Shown: piece by piece, positions 1 to 20,675 of the stretch
How the letters are laid out: the number at the start of each line of letters is the position of its first letter
How positions within the stretch are numbered: the first letter of the stretch is position 1
Translations under genes and position numbers: made by a program
Notes under the pieces: model-generated
The model's database searches: none
What the model was told of the DNA's origin: nothing
Seen by the model: the letters and a program-made list of their open reading frames with translations, nothing else
Assembly (NCBI GenBank): GCA_012295275.1
Contig: CM022669.1
Coordinates: forward strand, 6,200,001 to 6,264,000
Reading direction: 5' to 3'
From: Chrysomallon squamiferum
Taxonomy: Eukaryota > Animalia > Mollusca
DNA: 64,000 bases

Positions 1-73
1 TCAGCATATTTACATCAATGTTATTTTTATTTGTATAAAATGTATTGTAGCTCATGCTTTTGTACATTTTAAT

Positions 74-109
<36 letters not shown>

Positions 110-1701
110 GTATATTTTGATCTTACGTAGATATTTCATTTACATATACATATATTTACTTTACATATATTCATATTTTAAATATTTACTAGAGTAGCTA
201 AATCTTCAAAGACTGGTCTTTCTTCCTGTAGTATGTTTTATTTTGTAATGTATTGGTGTATTATTACATGGACAGTATCATTCTCAATACATAATGCTGA
301 ATATTTGTATTCTGTGTAGAATGGCATTTTGGCTTAAAGTGATGTGGCGAAATATTTCTTTTACAAAGCAGATTTATGTGTATAATTACTGTGATAATCA
401 AAATACTGTTTTGTATGTTACTGCCATCCACTGGAAAGTGGTTTCTAGATTTTCATAATGGTTGTGAAATTTTTTGTTTTAATTAACTGATAGTTTAGAT
501 CTGATAAAAATTTTATGGAAATTTTTATTCATAAATGCAAGCTTAAATCTCAGATATCAATGTATATATATATGAAATTCGGGAATTATTATTATTATTA
601 TTAATATTAATATTATTATTATTATTACTACTACTACTACTACTAAATATAAATTTATTTAATTACTTTTTTTTTTTTATTGATGTTTTTTGCTTATTAT
701 TATTTTTATTCTTTAATCTTCTCTTTTATTCTTATTAGTTATTTTTTATTTTTTTTGCATCATGATTTTGGATGAACATTGGTGTAAGTTTTCCAAGAAA
801 TCATGTTATTATTTATATTATTGCCATATTTTCTAAAATTCATGACAGCTTCTTTTTATTTTTTTTTTAACCAACTTTTTTTTGGGACCAACTCATCAGT
901 ATATTTTTCTGCATTATGCAGATGTCTATAAATAAATGATTAATTGTACCTAATGCTTGCTGAGCTTTTGTCTTTCAAAATAGTGTTGTTATTATAATAT
1001 ATAATCTAAATCTATTTTGGTTTTCAACCCATCAAGCTTGATTAAATATATATTTAAAAATAATAAATAAATAACAAATGTTTATTAGTAATAGAGAAAT
1101 AATGTCATCATTATCAAAAAATCAGCTGTTGTCAATATTTTCAATCAAAATATATCATACTCTCTTTAGTAATTAAATTAAAAAATAAGCTTAAGAATAG
1201 CCAACACAATCAAATTTCATTTCATCAGTATATTAAATATGTTTAAACAGTTTACATACAAAAAAAAAAACTAACCTTTTTTAATCAAATACATTTTGTC
1301 ATTAATTTACCATCTTATTTATTAAGATTTTATATAATAAATTTTTTTTTTTTTTTTTTAAAATTTATTCTAACTTTTTCTACTTGTTTTTTTTCTAAGT
1401 TTATTGCATACTTTACATTTGTACACTTATTTACTGTCTATTCAAAATACTCACCCCCTCCATGCTTGATTATATGTAAGTAATAAATATTACTATTCTG
1501 TTGCATTATTTAGAACATGAATAAATTCCAATATTTGCTTCAAAAAATTAAAAAAAAACCATATAGCTGGCAAGTATTTTGTAATTTCCTTCAATAAACA
1601 ATTAAAGTACCTTCATTTTTTGTTGTTTTTTTAATCATCTTGGGTTTGGATTATTTCTGAATTTTTGTTTGTTGTTTTCTTTATATATCTATCTTTGCCT
1701 A

Positions 1702-1704
<3 letters not shown>

Positions 1705-1749
<45 letters not shown>

Positions 1750-1757
1750 TGTGTGTG
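1705..1757. repeat. (GT)n microsatellite
   Basis: Seen directly. Confidence 0.95.
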
Positions 1758-2659
1758 CAAGTTGTAGGTAAGCAGTATAAATAATAAATTAATTTTATTA
1801 CTATGATTATAGATGTGTTTTGTTTCTAGAGATTTTCTTGCATGCCAGACTTTGTATTAACGCTCCTATGAAGTCTTGGATATGTTACCTGCTGTGAATA
1901 TTTTGTATCACTATTACACACTTGTACAAAAGTCATGATTCAACAGGCTTCAAAATAACATTTCAATTTTTATATCAAAATCGTTCATACATTGAATTCA
2001 AAAGCATCAGCAACTGTATTTTTGTAGCAGAATGTGGTTTTTGTTTGTTCCAGGATTTTTAATACTGCAAATAATTTTAATAGGCATGTTAAAGGAATAA
2101 TTTCACTCTACAGTTATAAACTAGATACCTCTTTCTTCACTCATCTTTAGAATATAGCTATTTTTACCAACCATCTTGTTTTCAGATACAGCAGACTGGG
2201 CGATTTTAATCCTACAGTTATATTTATATTACTTTCCTTTTTTATTCCACTTTTTAAAATTGTTTATTAATTTATTTATTTATTATTTTATTATTTCTAA
2301 CTTTAACATAATCAAACAGAATAATTTCTTATACGATTTGATGGTTGTTCGTCAGTAAGCACGAGACCTGCAAACTCAGTCTGTTAAATAATTTGTTCAG
2401 TCAAGTTCAGCAGTTGACAAATAAAGAAAAAAATACTTCTATAGTAATATGTAAATGTGTAAAACTTAGTTACAACATTTTTGTTAACTTACTTTGAAAT
2501 ATGCAGCATTTAGGAAAACCTAAGAATCATTTTCGGATATGTCATGGTTCCAGTTTCACGAAGATAATTTTCTTCTTTGTTTTCCTCAATGTATGAATTT
2601 TGAGTTGTACCTTCACTATTTGCAAAAATAGACATTCCCATTGATACCACTGTATGGTC

Positions 2660-2707
2660 AGAAGGAAGAATATGTATATATATATATATATACATATTCT
2701 TCCTTCT
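2660..2707. repeat. 48-bp perfect palindrome with (TA)n centre
   Basis: agaaggaagaatatgta(ta)n tacatattcttccttct is its own reverse complement. Confidence 0.9.
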
Positions 2708-2771
2708 TTCTAAACAATAATTAACATGTTTAATTTTTTCCCATTGTTGCATACACATATCGGAGAAAATT

Positions 2772-2940
2772 ATAGCTTCCACATCAGTAGATCTGTTATT
2801 CTTAGACACAAATATCAGATGGTCTGTGATGGTGATGCTGTTTCCATGTTCTGTTGTTAACGTTCGATAAGAGACATTCACATGTGGCTTTCATTTTATA
2901 AAAGTTTTTACTTCTGAAAATATCCTCTTACCATCTTCCA
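2772..2940 (-). pseudogene. Hint/Hog-domain block-B exon of hedgehog-related gene copy B (decayed)
   Basis: Acceptor ttgtttcag|TG at 2941-2943. Translates (V)EDGKRIFSEVKTFIK*KPHVNVSYRTLTTEHGNSITITDHLIFVSKNNRSTDVEAI, matching the Hog FSxV..F and TxTxxHLIFV motifs. In-frame TGA at 2891-2893, one codon missing in TxxH, and no GT donor. Confidence 0.8.
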
Positions 2941-3143
2941 CTGAAACAAAAAAACATCCAATGTATCGATGTAACATTCAAAAATCCTTCAGCTATTCAG
3001 TCAAGTTCAGAAGTGCATATTTTGAGTGTTACTATTGGGTGTTTACAGAGATGTTTGTATTGAAGAAACAGAAATTGGTTTTTCCTGTGTGGCTTTTAGA
3101 AGAAAAACATTGAATCACCTATAAAAATATGAATTATGCAATT

Positions 3144-3260
3144 TTAATCGACATGGAAACACTTACAGTTGTCACAGCATTTATTAGGTCCCCAGAGAGA
3201 ACAACCACAAAGATATTCATCTTTAGCAGTTATTATTCTTCCAGAAATACTATTGCACTC
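3144..3260 (-). pseudogene. Cys-rich peptide plus truncated Hint start, copy B
   Basis: Reads SGRIITAKDEYLCGCSLWGPNKCCDNCK|CFHVD*, homologous to the 8991-9186 exon. After CFH the sequence jumps into sequence matching the copy A intron (~270-bp deletion relative to copy A). The 5' boundary is uncertain. Confidence 0.7.
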
Positions 3261-3411
3261 ATAGAGGAGGATTAAAAGAAAACATTTTGCAAATAAGGCC
3301 TCCAGATGTTTTTATGATACATTGTGAGAAATTTTCTATAATACTGTTTTCGTTTAATGAAATTGTATGTACCCCAATAGTGCTATCTGCAGCTCCTTTC
3401 ACCCACACCCC

Positions 3412-3420
<9 letters not shown>

Positions 3421-3480
<60 letters not shown>
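3421..3480. repeat. (AG)n microsatellite
   Basis: Seen directly. Confidence 0.95.
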
Positions 3481-3484
<4 letters not shown>

Positions 3485-3750
3485 GGGGCCTGGAATAATT
3501 TTAAGAACAGGAACACAAAAGAGCAGAGGACTGGAAAAGGATGAAAAAAAATAGCTTATCTTGATGTTTGTCATCAGGGTCTTTCGATTCCACTGGAAAC
3601 GTAAAATCAATAATTAATTTACATTGCTTTAAATTAGAAAGGATAGAGCCCGTACTTATTGTAAAAATTGCTGTTTTCTCCTTCATTTATCTTTTTCTCT
3701 CTAGGATGTGAAATATAGACATATATGCATAACGAAAAATAATAGAGAGA

Positions 3751-3784
<34 letters not shown>

Positions 3785-3901
3785 TTCAAGATGACACATG
3801 TTGAGAGAAACTTTCTTTGAGAACAAGAGAGAAAGACAGAGGTCTTATTTGTTCATATTACTTGAGACTATTTTTTGACAGAGGCCCGATGTAGCAGCTC
3901 A

Positions 3902-3940
<39 letters not shown>

Positions 3941-6749
3941 ATTGACCGTAGGTTGCACAAGCACCCATTGGTCAGCCAAATTATTTTTTCTTCTTGTATA
4001 TCAGTTTCCTTCCGTTCTCTCCATTTTTCCATTTTCACTCGGATGTCAAACGAAAACAGCGGATTTGACAACAGTCACTTCAAGATGTCTGACACTGCAA
4101 CACTTCACAAGAAAATCAGCACAGCTTCGCCGCCAGTTCAGTTATCTCAACAATTTAACAACTTCGTCACCGCGAGTTTTCCCTGGAAAAGATACTACCA
4201 TGGTTAATCAGAAATCAGTTTACTTAATTACATTAATATTAATGCACAAATTTAATACAAATTATAGTTTTATATTTTCCTTATTTTATTATTAGTGACT
4301 GGACAGTCATAAAATTTATAAACAAATTGCAGTTTATAATTTAATATGATTATCTATAGTTAATGTAGCGAAAAGATTCCATCCACTGAAAAAGTTTCAC
4401 AGACAGTATGGTTCCAGAGAGATGGAAGTTTTGTCTTCGTCACATGTGACTATCTCCAGCATTCATTTTCTAACTTGAAGTAAATGATTGCTTACTTCAG
4501 AACTGCTTAGGAAATGTTAAAAATTAAAATAGTTCAAGTAAACAACCATCCTTTCATCTGAGATCAGCAGTTTGAAAGAAAATTATTCGTGGCAATATAT
4601 AAATGTGACAAAATGAAAACCATCGAGACTATATTAGCTATTAAACAAATCTAGTAATTTCACAAAGTAAGAGAAAATTAATAAAATAATAATATAAACC
4701 ATCTACTGTTTTTTTCTCTTTACAACAGTATTTTCTACTCAGATGAAACATTAAACAGTGAAAATAAATATTATCAATGTTTAATTGTGATGAAACGTGA
4801 AATTCAAAGACTAACGAAAATATAAAACACGAGCATAAACTTTTGTCGCAATAGTGAATGATATGTCTACGTTAATAACCCAGCCTCTTTATATCAGAGA
4901 TGGCAAATAAAAAGCTAAAATAATTTGAATAAATTTCATATTAAACAAAATCTTATTTTACCTTGTAACACCAAAAAAAAATAAAAAATAAGAAAAATCA
5001 TCCATACTTAGCTGACTGTTTAACAGTGTTCTTTTAATGATCGAGTAGTTGTTTTTTGTAATACATTTAATGTATTCACTTTGTCACTATATATGTATAT
5101 ATATAGATATATATAAATTACACAAAAATAAATTTCAGGGTTTTAAAATAATTTCGGTTTTTATTCCATATTCATGAACCTTAGATCTATTAGTGTCAGA
5201 TTTTATGGATATCACTTGCAGTTCTGAATAATTTAATTTTATTAATGTTTTACATATTAAAATAAAACATATACATTTTATGCAGTTTTAAGTTTTTATT
5301 TGTTTTATTTTATTTTATTTTATTATACTTCCGTTCTGAGTTTTTATTTAATTATCTATTTGTTTATTTATTTAGTTAGTTTTTTCTTTTTTCTTTTTTC
5401 TTTATGTTGTTTTCTTTTTTTGTTGTGGTATTTTTGTCACGAAACAAATTTTCTTTTGATTTGTTTTGTCATTTTCTTTCTCTGTTTTTTCCTTTTTTGT
5501 TTTTCCTTTTATTCATTTTTGATGAGCAGAACTCTTTTTAAATTATTATTTCCTTTTATTTTAATAATCCTTGTGTTTTATTAGTTTACTAGTAGTCCAA
5601 CTACTACTGCTACCACTACCTTCCTGAATGGTACTAATACTATTTATATTATTATTACCTTTGTGTTATTATTATTAATATTAGAATGTAGATGAATTTG
5701 TCTCATTCCACTTTTTTTTATCAGTGTAGTCTAAGAATATAAAACTTTCTTCAATTATTTAACTCTAAAAACGCTGGTGTCTTTACAAAAATTTCTGTAA
5801 TTTGTAGTTTTGTCGTTATTATTGTTTTGTTTTTTATCTTTTTTTTCTTTTCTTTTTTTTCATTCACTAGCTTTTAAATCTAGCATCTTGTTATAATTAT
5901 TTTAATTGTTTTATGTAGATATCCTCATATGCCTTATTCTCAGAAAAGAACAGTTCAGTCACATGTACATCGTAAGTATCCATAACTACATATGTATTAA
6001 GATACCTAAATATGTAACAGAAATAAATGCATGCATATTGGAAAAAGACCTATCAAAACAAATCAATACGCAAACATGCACACATACAGACATCCACAAA
6101 TACATACATTTAATTTAATTTTTAAAATACCGATAGAAAACTCATAATCAAATGTTCTTCGTGCCCAGCGTATAAGTTATTATCCGTCTTTCCTTGTAAC
6201 CTTTTATTTTATAATCATCATCATTATTATTCTTGTTGTTGTTTTTTTGTTGTTGTTTTATTTTCATATATACCACTACTTACAGTACCATTATTACTGT
6301 TTTCCATATTACTGACACTACTGATAAGTGCTCTTATGGCCACCTCACAAGGAATTTAAACACTAAATTGACATCAATCTATATAAACCAATAATTCTAT
6401 CTATCCACAGTACAAGGTAAGGTGCATTTAATTATTTAATTATGATAAAAATACGCATTACAACAATATATAAAATATATATTTAAAAATCTTTCTCTAA
6501 TGATAACGTGAATTATTTCATGTAGAGAACCAATAGAAAAATAAGAATGTGCACTGAGGGAAAAATTAGACAAGTTAAATATGTCTATAGGAATGGTTAC
6601 CGAGAGAGGTTATTTTTTTACCTTACACTCATTCAAAATAAAAACAGACAATGGCTTAGCAAACACTCCCGTTCACAAACAATGGTTTCCCACCTGACTA
6701 TTGGCTATCGCTTTTGGCTCTCTTTTTGACTTTTTTGTCATTGCTGTCT

Positions 6750-7225
6750 GACAGACTGACTCAAAAAAAAAGAAAATGAACGTGCTAATAATGTCAGGAA
6801 GCTAATGTGAAGCAGTTCTGCGACAGTCACAAACTCAGACAAAACCAGGGGCGGTGTCTGTCAGAGAAAAGTGTTGAGGGAGGAAAAAGAAAAGGTCGTG
6901 TTTACGCCTGCGAGATGCAAGAAAGTGTCGAGCAGATCGAAGGGTAAGGATCCTGTTGTAGTGGGGGCTTTTTTGTTTTGTTTTTTAACCGCTTATTGAT
7001 GTTCCAAGAGATATGTTATTCTTTCATAACTGATTGACAGACTGACTAAAAAAAAAAAATATATATATATATAATATCTTGCTAATCAGAAGAAGCTTAT
7101 ATAAAGTGTTCCTGCGACAAGAAAGCCCTGTGAGTAAACCAGGAACAGCGTCTGAAACAGAAGAGTGTTGAGGAAGAGAAAATAAGGGATTCTCGTTACA
7201 TCTGTGAGACGCAAGAGAGTGTCTT
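6750..7225. repeat. Diverged ~190-bp tandem duplication
   Basis: gacagactgact...ctgcgaca...aaccagg...agtgttgagg...gaga.gcaaga.agtgtc occurs at ~6750-6929 and ~7036-7223. Confidence 0.7.
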
Positions 7226-7602
7226 TCACTTTTTTTCTGTTTCCATCATCAAATTCGTGCTGAGCTGGTGGTGTTTTGATCGCTGCTCCTGTTGCAGGCT
7301 CTCTTAAGATGTTCATCTTTATGATGTACGGTTCGAATCATCTCTTTTTCTTTAATAAATTTATATTATATGATGATTACATCTTAATTCAAATTCATTA
7401 AAGTCAACATTCAAATCATCAGTATAAAAAATGTCCAACATTTGGGATATTTTTCAGTGTTTTAATTTAATAAAACTTGCAATTTTACCTATGAATAGCA
7501 TAATCAAAAACAAACTCTTGCGAATTACATTTCAGCATAGAACTCAAGAATAAATAATTTTCGAAAAAGTAATAATGAATTTAAAAAGAAAGAACACGTT
7601 CA

Positions 7603-11290
<3,688 letters not shown>

Positions 11291-12547
11291 TCAGTATTAG
11301 TTGGGGTTGTTTTTGTTTACTTTTTTTTTCTTCATTTTATTGTGTTCTCGGTTTTTATTTAGTTATTTATGTGTTTTTTATTTATTAATTTATTTAGCGC
11401 ATCAACATTTAGACACAATATATACAAGCAAAAGAGAAAAAAAAAGAAAAAAAAAGAAATACAGTAAAAATAAAACAGAGCCTTACTCAACCAGTCCATA
11501 TACATTAAGAACTGTGCGAATATGTACCCTGTTAGAAAACTTATTGGTGAGCTGTATCGAGAATCTACACTCCGCCTTTAGGTTTTAAATTTAAAAAAAT
11601 TCCACGATCGTAGAAATATTTCAGAGTCAATAACCCAGTTCTTGAGCTGTAGCTTATAACTCACTAGATTGTTCACAGACCCTGCATATATTTTTGCCTG
11701 GTATAAAATTTAATCTATGGAATAAACCTTCTAAAAACCTATATGAATGAGAAAGAATGAAACAAAGAGCTGACAACCCTAATATATATATTCCACGATC
11801 AGTAACTGATACAAGAGTCAGTGATCTATATGAAGTTTTATTATGTCGTGCTGCTGTCCTGAGATGCTTTATCGGAAAAATATCTTGTACTGAAGAACCT
11901 GTTTACTTATAGTATATATATCATCTTGATATTTATTTACTTATTGACGTACCTTCATATTTATCTACTTTCTTTAATTATTTGTTTCTACTTTGTATTA
12001 TAAATCCATCAAGTTGATTTGATTTAAAAGAATCAGTATTCTTCTTTATTTTATTTGTCGTTGTTTTTGTTTGTTATGCTTGTTGTTGTTGTTGCTTTTG
12101 CTTTATTGCTTTTGCTTTATATAGATATAAAATAACACCAGAGTAGTATATATATATATGTACTTGTTTTAGGTTTTTGTTCTTTTGTTGTTGTTGTTGT
12201 TGTTTTTTCCACAAAGGTATGTTCTGAATAAACATTCCATTCTTGAGAAACGTTTATATGAAACATACATTTGCAGCTGTTTTCATTAAAAGCTAGAAAC
12301 CCAGGTTAAGCATCACATGAGAAATTTATATATGCAACTCTAAAATATTTTTGAAGAAAACAAATGTGTGTTTGAATTGTGAATATGTCAAGCAAGTAGT
12401 GCACCGTACAAAAAAAAAACAAAAAAACAACAACAAACAAACAAAAACAATCAAACAGGAAAGAACAAGGTCTCACATGACCACTTCATATACATTTAGA
12501 AAATTTTAATAGGCACCCTACTGTAATTGTCGACGCCTTTTATAATA

Positions 12548-13020
12548 GGGTCATTCCATGTCAAATCACCCCCCACCCCCAAAAAAACAAATGTTACCTC
12601 GACTGTCTCAGATTTTCATGAAACTTGGTATATTTGTTTTGTCCCACAGCACCAAATAGTCAAAGGAAATTTAAAAAATTTTGGATTTTTGGCAAAATGG
12701 GCGTGACCACCAAAATTTAAATCTTATCCCAGTGAATTAAACCCAACTTCATCTTCATAAAGATTTTGTTGAAAGGCAATATGTAAATTTGTTAAACAAA
12801 AATATTACAGCACCAAATTTTATATTTTTTAGTTAACATGTGGGAGATTAAATTTGGGAAAGGTCATCTGGTCAGTGATCCACAGTGTCAACTTTTTAAC
12901 AAAGATAAAAAAGATCAGTGACCCCCAAATTTTCCAAACTTGTCATATTCTTTTCAACAAACAATTTATACTGCCCAGTAGTTCCTGAGAACGGTTCAAA
13001 TGTTCAAATGTCAAAAAATT
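12548..13020. mobile_element. Non-autonomous DNA transposon fragment, same family as the 22910-24000 element
   Basis: Starts GGGTCATTCCATGTCAAATCACCC. 12548-12730 matches 22910-23100 directly. 12830-13000 matches 23080-23280 inverted (ttaacatgtgggagattaaattt; cccagtagttcctgaga), implying long terminal inverted repeats. Confidence 0.7.
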
Positions 13021-15050
13021 TTTATTTTGGTTGAAAACACACACACATGACACACACACACACACACATTGTTATTATTATTACTATTATTTTTTTATTT
13101 CTATTTATTATTATAAACATATAGAAGAATATTGTTCATGTAAAAGAAAAGAATATTATGTAAAGAAAAGTCAGTCATCTTAACACTGATATAAAAGATT
13201 ACAGATGACATTTTTTATGATTATTTTTATTGGTGCACCAACATTTGTTCATCACACATAAAAATTGGAAAGAACAGGGACTGGAAGGTCCACTTCACAT
13301 AAATTTAGAAATCTACTGGGATTGGTGATGCCTTTTTAATAGGAAAATATCTTGTACTGAAGAAACCTCTGTTCTCTTTAGAAAATATAATCTTGTTATT
13401 TATTTATTTATTTATTTATTTATTATTTTGTTTATAATTTACTTAATTACCTTTTCATTGCTTGGTACTTTGAATTTTAAATCATTCAACCTGTTTTAAT
13501 AAAATAAAATAAAAATGTATCATGTCAGGCATTTCCTTTCTTTTTCGATTTTCTTTTTTTTTTTTTTCTATTGTTATTATTATTAAATTTTTTGAAGACC
13601 TATTGCTTCAAGTACTGTTTCAGTGTATAAAAGCACATATAAAAATATATGTCATAATACCATGATTAACCTGTTCAATTAATTTTACAAAAATTTGCCA
13701 GTTTATTCTTGAAATAATAAATATACAATATTTAGATAGACAATAATTTTCTCTAATAAGAAAAAAAAATATATATATATATTTATAAAAGAAGAGTGCA
13801 AATTGCATACTGCCAATATCTGTTATTCTCAAATGTGAAACTTCAGTAATGGTAAAGTATTAACAATTTAACGATGCTTCTTTAACTGTGACATTAACAG
13901 ATGTTAGCTACATCCATATGGAATCAACAGATCCTTTTTTTCAAATACTAAACGTTGAAATTTACATTAAACTTTATTTAAATCATTATCAAAAACCAGC
14001 TGCTTATCTGTATATGATATCCATAAATTAAGTGAAACGAAATTTATCTTTTATTATTTTTGAATATTCTGAGCTATAATAATTAGCATATATCAAAACT
14101 CTTGTATAATGTGTAATGTATACATACATCCACACACATGTATATAAATATATAAATTTACCTAGTCATTGTATCTAGCATTACCTAAGGTTATACATAC
14201 ATACATTTGTGTGTGTGTGTGTGTGTGTGTGATAACTGTATGAGAATACACTGCATATATCAAGACACTAGTACAATACAAATTTAACCATAAAGAGTTC
14301 CCTATCTTTGAGATTCTAGTTTAGGCCTAAATAATGATTGCTTATGGTCATCAAATTTATCCACTTCCAATTTGATCCCTTTATTTCTAGAATTATAATT
14401 GCTATATACAACACACGTTTTATTTCATTATCTGCGATCAGCAAAAATAACCTTCAAAATACCAGAAAACTATTATTAAATAGAAGCAAATATATATGAA
14501 AATATTTGTAATACAAACTGTTGGTAAGAAACATATGTATTGTACATGTATATAAGATAATTTGATACTGATTACAAAATATTTTTCTGATTTTATATTA
14601 CCCATTTATTTATTTAAGAAAAAAAAAAGAACGATTTTTATTTATTTTTTTTATCTATCATTCACTATTTAATTTCAGAAAGAATAATAAAAAAAAATGT
14701 AATGATGTCATATCACATTTTTTCTCTAATATTATACCAACAAAAAGAAAGATTTAGTTTGACAAACATTGATCATTAATCTGCAGCAAATAAAGAATGC
14801 GTTTAATTATTCAGTTTAATGTGCTTATCTACACAACAACTATGAAAAATAAACTCGGCATCAAACTGTATTAAACCAAAATTTAAATACTTTATTGATG
14901 ACACATTATATACTGATTTTATAAGTATCCACATATTAATATGAGACAACCATTTATAATGTTACACTAAAGAGATATAAATACATAAAATACTGCATTG
15001 TTCTTTTTTTTGCACCAAATAAATGTTAAAAATTTTCCCCAAAAAAATAT

Positions 15051-19462
<4,412 letters not shown>

Positions 19463-19879
19463 GTCAATAAATTTGTAAACAGAACTTCAGTAAACAGCTG
19501 TAATTGTCTTGATATGAGAGTTATCTACCATGAACTATAAACGAACAATACAAGAACTGAAGAAGAAAAACAAAACCATGATGGAGAGTCTAAACTTCGT
19601 TTTTTTTATTCTGAATTATTTTACAGTTACATAAATTATTTAATAGAAATATATCTGAATAAGTGATGCTAGTAATAGTTTGAAAATGTTTATATGTTTC
19701 TAAATAATAATAAATCATGAGGTTGATGCATTTTTTCTTTAGATATTCCATAATAATAATTTCAATTAATTTAGTTTCATAACATGAATCAACAAAGGAG
19801 ACATTAATGTGACTGTATATGTGGGTCTGAGGGTTAAGGGAGATAAAAGTGTTTAGTTTTCCTTATTTGATTGAGACGT

Positions 19880-20000
19880 TTTCCTTATTTCAACACCGTA
19901 GTTGAAAGGTTGCTTAAAGTCCGTTGTTTCGCCTCCGCCAATAATTTTCTTAGGTAACTTCCGGTAAGTGTCTGCATGATGCTTCAAGGTTGTTTTAAAT
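19880..20000. promoter_or_regulatory. Candidate bidirectional promoter for TM6SF and MRPL24
   Basis: Small CpG-containing patch between divergent ATGs (19462 minus, 20676 plus), with a CCAAT box (~19938) and ETS-type ACTTCCGG (19957-19964). An acceptor at 20657 upstream of the MRPL24 ATG implies a 5'UTR exon nearby. Confidence 0.5.
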
Positions 20001-20675
20001 AAATAAAATACTGTTAAAAACTATGATTAAAATTATTTTTATTTAATGATATATTTTCAGATAAAGTTCACAGAATTATGAATTTGGCAAAGAAATGAAT
20101 AACTAACAATTTAATAGAAAGTTAGATTGATCAGGTCGGAAATAATGTTGCTTTTCAGCGTCAAGATTTTTCTTTTCGTTTCTAATACTAGTAATAGTAA
20201 TATTAATTATATAACCAGTAAAACCAATTAATTATTTAGTGGATTGTTATGGAAAACATATGTTTAAAAATTAAAAAATTTATAAATTCTCTGACATAAA
20301 TAAAGTGGCAAATGGAAACATTACATCAATACATTTAACTGAAAATCTCTAAAATGATGAAACTTGAAAGTATCTCGCAGACGTGACAGTTGGCAAGTTG
20401 CTTGGCGAGTTAGTGAGTTAATTATAACTTAATACTCATTTACTCATAACTGTGTGACTCTGTGTCTACACCTTTGTTACTTAATTTGTTTTGGTTTGAA
20501 GTCTGCATAAGCATGATAAGGCACTGATACAAGTTATTTGCTCTCATTCTCCCCTAAGGCTAAACACACATGCACACAGATATTCTGTGTTTGATTTTAA
20601 GCAGTTTTTTTTTCAATCTTGTCAATTCATAAATAAAAACAATTATTTTCATTCCAGTGAAGGTCAGCATTAGCT

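Larger units (their letters stand above)
3020..5290. repeat. Tandem segmental duplication, copy B (matches ~8655-11290)
   Basis: Shared blocks include atattagctattaaacaaatctagtaatttcacaaagtaagagaaaattaataaaataat (~4630 and ~10634), catattcatgaacctta.atctattagtgtcagattttatgg (~5168 and ~11178) and tttgagtgtt...gtattgaagaaac.gaaattggt (~3021 and ~8658). Confidence 0.85.

Noticed and set aside
1-2100. Possible 3'UTR of a gene left of the window
   Set aside because: T-rich, CpG-poor sequence with AATAAA motifs is compatible but not diagnostic; no coding exon seen.
3259-3610. ORFs with SLSLSL/ERERER runs (also 9661-9952, 18172-18464, 58554-59366)
   Set aside because: Translations of (AG)n/(CT)n microsatellites.
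11400-11860. Possible LINE 3' fragment
   Set aside because: Only a vague CxxC pattern amid stops; not enough to call.
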